A DNA stretch of 64,000 nt from Elusimicrobiota bacterium (GTDB lineage: Bacteria > Elusimicrobiota > Elusimicrobia > UBA1565 > UBA9628), in assembly GCA_016191335.1 (NCBI GenBank), contig JACPOW010000001.1, forward strand, positions 1,035-65,034, in the 5' to 3' direction. Below are positions 57,776 through 64,000 of the stretch, piece after piece (positions within the stretch are counted from its first letter, which is position 1; every line of letters starts with the position of its first letter). The position numbers and the translations under genes are program-made. The notes beneath the pieces were generated by a model. It was not told where the DNA came from. It made no database searches and saw nothing but the letters and a program-made list of their open reading frames with translations.

Positions 57776-58449
57776 CGAAGTCTCAGAAGCGTCCACAGCG
57801 CCTCGATCCCGTCGTACCAGCGGATCTTCTTGCCCTCCTCGATGCGGCGGGGGCGGTAGCTGATGGGCACCTCGAGGATGGGGATGCCGCGCAGAAGGGT
57901 CTTCGCCGTCACTTCGGGGCAGAACTCGAAACCGGTGCATTGGAGATCGAAGGACCGCAGCAAGGCGGTCTTGAACACCTTGTAGCAGGTGGGCTCGTCG
58001 GTGATCGACGAGCCGTACAGGAGATTGGTGAACACCGACACCAGGCGCCCGCCGTAGTAGTAGCGCGCGTAGGAGCGCTCGTTGCCCGCCGCCAGATGGC
58101 GCGAGCCGTACACGACCTCGGCCCGGCCCTCCTCGATGGGTAAAAGCAGTTTTGCGTAATCGGCCGGGTCGTACTCGAGGTCCGCGTCCTGGATGAGGAC
58201 CACCTCGCCCGTCGCCTTGGCCAGCGCCGTCCGTATCGCCGTCCCCTTCCCCGCGTTCTTCTCGTGCTTGAGCACGACCGTGCCGGGCTTGGCCGCGGCC
58301 TTCGCCGCCTCGTAGGTGCCGTCGGTGGAGCCGTCATCCACGACGATGACCTCGAGGTCCCGCCCCGGGTTGCGTCCGTACACCGCCTCGAGGCAGGCGG
58401 CGATGGTCTTGGCTTCGTTGTAGGCGGGGATGAGGACGGAGACCTTCAC
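57760..58449 (-). CDS. GT2 glycosyltransferase (polyprenol-phosphate mannose/glucose synthase-like)
   Basis: 229 aa. VLIPAYNEAKTI, VVDDGSTDGT and IQDADLEYDP. Confidence 0.8.
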   Translation of the reverse strand: MKVSVLIPAYNEAKTIAACLEAVYGRNPGRDLEVIVVDDGSTDGTYEAAKAAAKPGTVVLKHEKNAGKGTAIRTALAKATGEVVLIQDADLEYDPADYAKLLLPIEEGRAEVVYGSRHLAAGNERSYARYYYGGRLVSVFTNLLYGSSITDEPTCYKVFKTALLRSFDLQCTGFEFCPEVTAKTLLRGIPILEVPISYRPRRIEEGKKIRWYDGIEALWTLLRLRCSNG

Positions 58450-58799
58450 TTAAACGCCGCCTTCCACTCGTCTTCCTTGAACCCGAGCAGGCCGCGGTCC
58501 TTGAGCAGCACGAAAGGCCTCTTGACCAGGCGGCCGTTCTTCGACAGAAGCGCCAGCGCATCGGCCTCTTTCATCGTCTTGAGCTTCTCGCCGATCCCCA
58601 TCTCCCGGTAGACGACGCCGGAGGTGTTGAACAGGCGCTTCAGGTCTCCGGCGAAGGCGAGCATGGCCTTGAGCTCGGCCAAAGAGGGGGCCTGGTCCAC
58701 GATCGGCACGCGCTGATAAGCCACCTTCCGGGCGTCGAGGAACTTCAGCGCCTGGCGGCACGTGGAGCACTTCTCGTACTCGTAGACGCGCACGGTCAT
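58446..58799 (-). CDS. ArsC/Spx/MgsR-family thioredoxin-fold protein
   Basis: 117 aa. The N-terminal YEYEKCSTCRQALKFL CxxC context is typical of the family. It is the first gene of the long minus-strand train. Confidence 0.75.
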   Translation of the reverse strand: MTVRVYEYEKCSTCRQALKFLDARKVAYQRVPIVDQAPSLAELKAMLAFAGDLKRLFNTSGVVYREMGIGEKLKTMKEADALALLSKNGRLVKRPFVLLKDRGLLGFKEDEWKAAFK

Positions 58800-58933
58800 G
58801 GCTTGGATTATAGCGGTCCGGACCCAATTAAGGAAGGGGGGTCCAACGGGCCTCCCCGGGAGGGACCAAAGAAGCCCCCTCCTTGGGACCTCCGGCCCCC
58901 GTCGTCCCGACGGGGAAGGGCTACACTAACCCC

Positions 58934-61435
58934 ATGATGACTTCACCGCGCCGCGCCCTGTCCATCCTCCTGGCCGCCGCCCTTCTCCTGGGCGCGGTGC
59001 CTCCGGAAGCCCAGGCGCAGGTCGTCCGGGTCGCGTCCGGCCAGACCGGCGCCATGCCGGTCTCCCCCGTGACCGGACCGGTGACCGGGACGACGATGGC
59101 CCCCGCCCTCGGGATCGGCGCCGCGAGCCTTACTGGGACCTTGGCCGTCCCCTCCATCTCTCTCTCCCCCGTCGTCGCCCCGGCCGCCGTTTCCGCCGCC
59201 GTCCCGGTGGCCGCCGCCGCCCCGGCTCTGACCGCCACCCTCCGCGCCGCCGCCGCGGACGCCCCTAAGCTCCCCGACGCGCCCAAGGCCGCCGCCCCGG
59301 TCGAGAAGAAGACCTGGACCCAGCGCCTCGCCTCGATGCTCGGCCGCAAGCCCGCGCCCGCCGCTCCGTCCGCCGAGACCGCGAAGACCGACGCCGACAG
59401 GATGTTCGACGGCGCGTCCGAGACCGAGGCGTCGACCGAGGGCAAGCCCGTCACCGCGGGCGAGGTCAAGATCACGCACTCGTTCAAGGCCGGCCTGTCC
59501 GCCAAGCTCACCGCCCACAAGGCCCTCTCCGCCGCCAAGCGCGCCGCGACCGTGGACGAGTTCGGCGGCCCGCTCACCGAGCCGATGACCTTCCGCCAGC
59601 GCGTCGGCTACGGCCTCAAGCAAGGCCTCAACCTCGTCGGCCTCGGCGCCATCCTGGAGATGACGCTCCGCCCCTTCCTCGCCATCTTCCCGTGGCCGCA
59701 GTACATGTCCGACACCGCCCTGAGCGGCTTCGGCCGCGTCGCCCTGCTCGCCAAGTACGGTCCCAACGAGATCATCGAAGGCCTCGCCACCTCCCCCGCG
59801 ACCTTCCTCGGCCTCAGCATCCCCTGGGCCGTCACCATGGAGGAGATCTCCTACCGCCTCCTCGGCTTCGGCGCCATCTTCCTCGTCTTGGCCGCGGTCA
59901 AGCCCTTCACCCGCTGGATCTCGTCCATGATCGAGGGCCTTCCCGACGCGGCCGGCGTCGTCGGCGGCGCCAAGCGCGTGCTGAAGCTCGGCGACTGGCT
60001 GTCCCACCTCGCCTTCCCCATCGCCGCGGCCCTCTCCTCCCTGAGCTTCGCCGCCGCCCACTTCGCGACCTGGGGCTTCTCCCCCTTCGTCCTCGCCCTG
60101 AACGTCATCCTCGGCCTGTACCTGGCCCACACCGCCTACCGCAGCCGCGGCCTGACCGCGCCCATCATCGCCCATCTCGTCTTCAACCTCGTCACCGTCG
60201 GCGGCCTTCTCGTCGCGCTGACCTGGTCGCCCTTCGCCGGCGCCGCCTTCGCCGTCATCGCCGGCCTGATCGGCGCGTCCTCTTTGCTCCACGGCTGGCT
60301 GACGCGCCGCAAGGAGCGCGCCTTCCGCATGAAGAACGGCGCCAAGGCCCTCGTCGCCGTCATGATGCTCGGCGGCCTCCTCTCCGTCTGGAACGACCCG
60401 ACGCAGACCCGCCCCAACGAGGCCGTCTCGCGCGCCGCCATCGAACAGGTGCAGAGCAAGACCGAGGCCGCCCCCGCCCCCGTCGTCGCCGAGGCCCCGG
60501 CGGCCGTCGCCGCCGCCGTCGAGTCCCGCGAGGCGATGGTCGCCCGCGTCAAAGGCTCCGTCGTCAACGTGATCGTGCGCATGCCTCAGGGCATGGCCAC
60601 CGGCTCCGGCTTCATCCTCACGCCCGACGGCGTCTTCATCACCAACGCCCACGTCGTCGGCTCGCGCCAGCCCGGACAGCTCGTCGAGGCGCGCGTCCCC
60701 GGAGTGCAGGGCGTCATGAAGGCCAAGGTCCTCGCCGTCAACCACGACAAGGACCTCGCCATCGTCCAGCTCCAGCCGCGCGCCGACGGCAAGCCCTGGC
60801 CCGTCGTCAAGCTCGCCTCCGAAGCCCCGCGCGAGGGCGCCGACGTCACCGCCACCGGCTACCCGCGCGGCCTCCCGTTCACCGTCAGCGCCGGCGTCGT
60901 CAGCGGCATGGACGGCCGCGGGAACATGTACGTCAAGCACCTGCAGACCGACGCCGCGATCAACCCCGGAAACTCCGGCGGCCCGTTGTTCAACGCCAAG
61001 GGCGAGGTGGTCGGCGTCAACACGCAGATCTACACGCAGAGCGGCGGCTCCGAGGGCCTGGGCTTCTCCATCATGGCTCCCGAGGTGGCGCACGTGATGG
61101 CGCAGTACGCCGCCACCGGCAACATCGGCACGGCCTCTCTCGGCATCATCGCCAACCTCTCCGACCCGATGGCCCCCGAAGCGGGCCTCGAGATCGAGTA
61201 CATCCGCCACGGCTCGGCCGCCGAGAAGGCCGGCCTCAAGCGCGGGGACCTGATCATCGGCGTGGGCGAGGCGACCATCTCCGAGGGCGGCCAGGAGGCC
61301 GCGGGCCACATCGCGGCCGTCCTCTCCAAGATGATCCCGGGCCAGAAGACGACCATCACCGTCCTTCGCGGCGACGAGCCCGTGCAGCTCGAGCTCACCG
61401 CCGACGCGAAAGTCACCAAGGCTCCGAGCCACTAA
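58934..61435 (+). CDS. fusion protein: Ala/Pro-rich region + CPBP (CAAX/Abi) intramembrane protease + HtrA-type S1C serine protease + PDZ
   Basis: 833 aa from ATG 58934. CPBP motifs EEISYRLLGF, FAAAHF and AHLVFNL. HtrA triad contexts TNAHVV, DLAIVQL and GNSGGP. PDZ block GSAAEKAGLKRGDLIIGV. Confidence 0.8.
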   Translation: MMTSPRRALSILLAAALLLGAVPPEAQAQVVRVASGQTGAMPVSPVTGPVTGTTMAPALGIGAASLTGTLAVPSISLSPVVAPAAVSAAVPVAAAAPALTATLRAAAADAPKLPDAPKAAAPVEKKTWTQRLASMLGRKPAPAAPSAETAKTDADRMFDGASETEASTEGKPVTAGEVKITHSFKAGLSAKLTAHKALSAAKRAATVDEFGGPLTEPMTFRQRVGYGLKQGLNLVGLGAILEMTLRPFLAIFPWPQYMSDTALSGFGRVALLAKYGPNEIIEGLATSPATFLGLSIPWAVTMEEISYRLLGFGAIFLVLAAVKPFTRWISSMIEGLPDAAGVVGGAKRVLKLGDWLSHLAFPIAAALSSLSFAAAHFATWGFSPFVLALNVILGLYLAHTAYRSRGLTAPIIAHLVFNLVTVGGLLVALTWSPFAGAAFAVIAGLIGASSLLHGWLTRRKERAFRMKNGAKALVAVMMLGGLLSVWNDPTQTRPNEAVSRAAIEQVQSKTEAAPAPVVAEAPAAVAAAVESREAMVARVKGSVVNVIVRMPQGMATGSGFILTPDGVFITNAHVVGSRQPGQLVEARVPGVQGVMKAKVLAVNHDKDLAIVQLQPRADGKPWPVVKLASEAPREGADVTATGYPRGLPFTVSAGVVSGMDGRGNMYVKHLQTDAAINPGNSGGPLFNAKGEVVGVNTQIYTQSGGSEGLGFSIMAPEVAHVMAQYAATGNIGTASLGIIANLSDPMAPEAGLEIEYIRHGSAAEKAGLKRGDLIIGVGEATISEGGQEAAGHIAAVLSKMIPGQKTTITVLRGDEPVQLELTADAKVTKAPSH

Positions 61436-61453
61436 GTTTCGTATCGTTTCGGC

Positions 61454-61999
61454 ATGACCCGAAACCTCTGGCTCGCGGCGCTGCTCCTGTCCCCACTCCC
61501 GGTCCGCGCGGCGGAGGATCAGTACGCCGCGCTCAAGCCTCTCCTGGGCACCTGGCTCGTGGACCGCGACTGCCGGGTCTATAGAGACAAGGTCCTCGTC
61601 GTCTTCTCCCGCCAGCCCAAGAACGTCCTCGTCGAATTCCGCAGCCCGGGCAAGACCGAGGCGCTGTGGGGCAAGGCCGACATCACCTCGACCGGCGAGG
61701 AAGACCGCTACCGCGCGGTCACCGTCCTGCCGGGCAACCCGGTCCTCAAGGCGCTCGGCATCTCCTCGGTGAGCGGGAGCGTGAACGTCTCGACCGAGGA
61801 CGAGGACGACGAGGACTCGCTGCCTCACAACTACATCACGAGCACCTCGAAGGTCTCCGTGCTCTCGAGCCTGCTCACCATACGGCTGCGCGAGAAGTAC
61901 AAGAAGGGGACCTTCATCTTCAACGTCGAGTCGCCGATGGGCAAGCAGACCTGCCGGGGCTCGGGCGTGAAGCGGCCGGCCGCGAAGAAGCAGCCCTAG
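61454..61999 (+). CDS. secreted hypothetical protein
   Basis: 181 aa. Signal MTRNLWLAALLLSPLPVRA. Acidic patch EDEDDED. Lys-rich tail. Confidence 0.55.
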   Translation: MTRNLWLAALLLSPLPVRAAEDQYAALKPLLGTWLVDRDCRVYRDKVLVVFSRQPKNVLVEFRSPGKTEALWGKADITSTGEEDRYRAVTVLPGNPVLKALGISSVSGSVNVSTEDEDDEDSLPHNYITSTSKVSVLSSLLTIRLREKYKKGTFIFNVESPMGKQTCRGSGVKRPAAKKQP

Positions 62000-62373
62000 C
62001 GGGACGGCTCGCGCGCGGCGGGCTCCCGCCACAGCTTCCAGGAGCGCCAGAGGTTGATGACGGCGAGAGCCCCGAAGCCCGCCGTCATCGCCGCCGCCTC
62101 GCGGCTCTTTCCGACGGAACCCGCGTTCTGGGCCACGCCCGCCAGGCCGAGTCCGGCGTTGCCGCCCGTCGCGATCGCCTGGACCGTGAAGCTCTCCCCC
62201 TGCGCGTTGCGCGGGTCGCCGGGACGCCAGGGCCCGAACGGCGCGGGCGCGGGGGTCGAGCGGGCGAAGCGGGGGCGTGTATTGGCGTAGAGGTCCAGGT
62301 CGAGCTTGCCGGCGCGCGCGGGGCCGGCGAGGAGGAAGGCCGCGAGGGCGAGGCATGTTTTTACTCTGGTCAT
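61996..62373 (-). CDS. small secreted hypothetical protein
   Basis: 125 aa. Signal MTRVKTCLALAAFLLAGPARA. One C-terminal hydrophobic helix. Confidence 0.5.
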   Translation of the reverse strand: MTRVKTCLALAAFLLAGPARAGKLDLDLYANTRPRFARSTPAPAPFGPWRPGDPRNAQGESFTVQAIATGGNAGLGLAGVAQNAGSVGKSREAAAMTAGFGALAVINLWRSWKLWREPAAREPSR

Positions 62374-62419
62374 GGGATCTGAGTCGTCGTTTTCCGTCGC
62401 GTCTGACTCGTCGCCGAAA

Positions 62420-62463
62420 AACTATTGATAATCACTGTTCCCGGGACTAGTGATTATCGTTAG
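62420..62463. repeat. intergenic palindrome family A, copy 2 (degenerate)
   Basis: actattgataatcactgttcccgggactagtgattatcgttagt matches copy 1 at 39 of 44 positions. The two arms differ at 4 positions. Confidence 0.8.
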
Positions 62464-62508
62464 TGAATACACCCTACGGCAATCGTCCGGAGACATCCGA
62501 TGGGCGGT

Positions 62509-63969
62509 CTATAACCCTTTCTTCCGAACCCATTCCCGCCATCCAGCTACCCATTCCGCGCCAAGAGCGTCGTTGGGCAAAGCGATTCGACTGCTGGGCG
62601 CCCCAGTGATTTTCTGAAGGGCCCTCGCGGCGTGCAGGCGCGTATCCGGAGAATTCGCGGGGTCTGAAAAAACGCCGATGAGGTCTGGCGCAAAGGAATT
62701 AGAATTAAGCGATTGGCCTTCATACAAGGCGCGGTAGGCAACCGATTCAGTCGCCGCAGCTCGAAGCGCCAGATTTTTACCGCTCAAATATCGCCTGAGA
62801 GCGGCCTCCACCGGTTTTCCAGGCAAATTCGCCAATCCTCTCATCGCGCCGGTTTCAGGTCTGTCGGGATTCTTCTCCAGCACGCTCATCAAGATTCTCG
62901 CGCAGCGCTCAGGATCCCTCTTGCGGATCGTGTACGCCAATTCACTCACCTTCCATGGATATAGTTTTGCCGCGGCGGCTTCCACGCGGACCGGATCAGG
63001 CTGCAAGCCAAGGTTGCTGATCAAGCGAGACGCATGCCGGTCTCCGTAGCGCCGCGAGTCCGAAGCTTCCATCTCTACCTGGCGCATCAGAAGCTCGCTG
63101 GCGCGCGAGCTGTCCTTTCGCGCCGCGGCCCCATAAGCTTCCAACTGAAGGGATGGGGATTCCGATCCCATATCCACAAAAACCTCCTCCAACGCCTGCT
63201 TTTCGCCCATTTCGATCAGCGAGGCGTAGGCGGCGTCCCGGAGCATCCCTGCCTTCGCGGTCCGCTCTCGCGCGAGCCGATATAAATGTGGGATGAGTCG
63301 CGGGGCTTTGCAGAGGCGCGGGACATAACTGTTGTGGAAGATGAAGTCTTCGTCGAAGGATGCGATGTGATCCAGCGCCGTTTCACATGCACCGGCGTCC
63401 GCCGACGTCATCGCCTGAGCGGAGATCGCCTCGATCGTCTCGCGCGGCGGCAGTTTGGCCCGCTTCATGTTTCTGGATTGAAGCGCGCTCAAGACAAGGC
63501 GCCACTTCGCCGAATCGTCCCACATTTGAGTTCCCACATCACCTGCCTCGCCCCGGGTGAGATGCAACGCATATTCGCCGATGGCGGAGGCGCGTTTGGG
63601 GCGCCCTTCTTGAACGGCTTTCAGCAACGCTTTTCGGACGGCGGCGGTGGAGGGATAGGAGCTGAGGCCGTAACTGGCCTCGATCTGGACGTTCCCGTGC
63701 TCATCGTCCAGCCCGTCGATCATCAACGTTAGCGCCTCCGGGCTCATCAGAAATCGCAACAGATGCTGGGCTTGCTCGCGCTGTCTGAATTCCGTGCTCT
63801 TCATCATGGATCGAGCTTGAGAAATCGTGCCGGCGATGAACTGCTCGTTTGCGGGAATCAGTTCGAAGTCGAGCGGCGGGCTTTGGATCGGAGTGTAGGG
63901 GCCCTGCATCGCGTCCAGGTGGATCATGCCCGGCGACGCTGAGACGGAGTGGCGTCCTGGACGATTCAA
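62509..63969 (-). CDS. alpha-helical repeat (HEAT/ARM-like) hypothetical protein in an AT-richer region
   Basis: 486-aa ORF with lower G+C than its surroundings. Repetitive helical segments (…ALLKAVQEGR…, …AALRRYLSGKNLALRAAATESV…, …ARALQKITG…). The N-terminus and start near the window edge are uncertain. Confidence 0.5.
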   Translation of the reverse strand: MNRPGRHSVSASPGMIHLDAMQGPYTPIQSPPLDFELIPANEQFIAGTISQARSMMKSTEFRQREQAQHLLRFLMSPEALTLMIDGLDDEHGNVQIEASYGLSSYPSTAAVRKALLKAVQEGRPKRASAIGEYALHLTRGEAGDVGTQMWDDSAKWRLVLSALQSRNMKRAKLPPRETIEAISAQAMTSADAGACETALDHIASFDEDFIFHNSYVPRLCKAPRLIPHLYRLARERTAKAGMLRDAAYASLIEMGEKQALEEVFVDMGSESPSLQLEAYGAAARKDSSRASELLMRQVEMEASDSRRYGDRHASRLISNLGLQPDPVRVEAAAAKLYPWKVSELAYTIRKRDPERCARILMSVLEKNPDRPETGAMRGLANLPGKPVEAALRRYLSGKNLALRAAATESVAYRALYEGQSLNSNSFAPDLIGVFSDPANSPDTRLHAARALQKITGAPSSRIALPNDALGAEWVAGWREWVRKKGL

Positions 63970-64000
63970 GAGCGCCCACTCGTTCAGGTCCGCCGTTTGC

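Noticed and set aside
58943-62356. 1137-aa minus-strand ORF, plus similar long ORFs (e.g. 806-1834+, 2579-3889+, 9225-10679-, 10525-12150-, 12147-14666-, 14698-16512-, 20475-23783+, 26568-28778+, 31817-34030-, 34487-36511+, 50849-52717+, 55174-56688+)
   Set aside because: All lie opposite or out of frame to genes with clear family signatures. All have Arg/Gly/Asp/Pro-dominated composition and no recognisable motifs.

Overview
Very G+C-rich bacterial chromosomal segment (GC not computed), with visibly AT-richer patches at about 4.6-7.3 kb and from about 62.4 kb. I support about 60 protein genes. They are tightly packed, and many have ATGA/GTGA start-stop overlaps. I recognised no rRNA, tRNA, CRISPR array, transposase or integrase. 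Most very long ORFs in the supplied track are Arg/Gly/Pro-rich shadow frames of real genes.

Content in order:
- fumC, a sensor-less histidine kinase, trpD and trpC (minus strand)
- an AT-richer two-gene secreted-protein island
- a periplasmic MsrB-MsrA / CcdA / TlpA-like set
- a GT2 plus a GMC-like flavoprotein
- mutS-mutL followed by four co-directional genes
- a PorV-like barrel plus a 1518-aa cargo with a T9SS-type C-terminal domain
- an orphan promoter-to-terminator unit that looks like a structured ~240-nt ncRNA
- a CPAF-like S41 protease
- a four-subunit 2-oxoacid:ferredoxin oxidoreductase operon running into a 59-codon 4-Cys ORF (absent from the track) and a long transketolase-like gene
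- a secreted ankyrin-caspase protein
- a Zn-ribbon, CoA-transferase A/B and radical-SAM-like operon, tail-to-tail with a PLP gamma-lyase-family gene
- a YwiC-like protein and a CADD-like protein
- a PAS kinase and a receiver
- a 13-kb minus-strand gene train holding queE, queC, an exonuclease and a polyprenol-phosphate/GT-C glycosylation set
- a CPBP-HtrA-PDZ fusion protease

The most interesting candidates are:
- the oxidoreductase/CoA-transferase supercluster, tied together by a duplicated 4-Cys module
- the ankyrin-caspase
- the CPAF-like and CADD-like homologs
- the dual-protease fusion
- the ncRNA candidate
- two families of intergenic palindromes
- a recurrent leaderless-promoter layout

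All family calls come from motif recognition by eye and need database confirmation.
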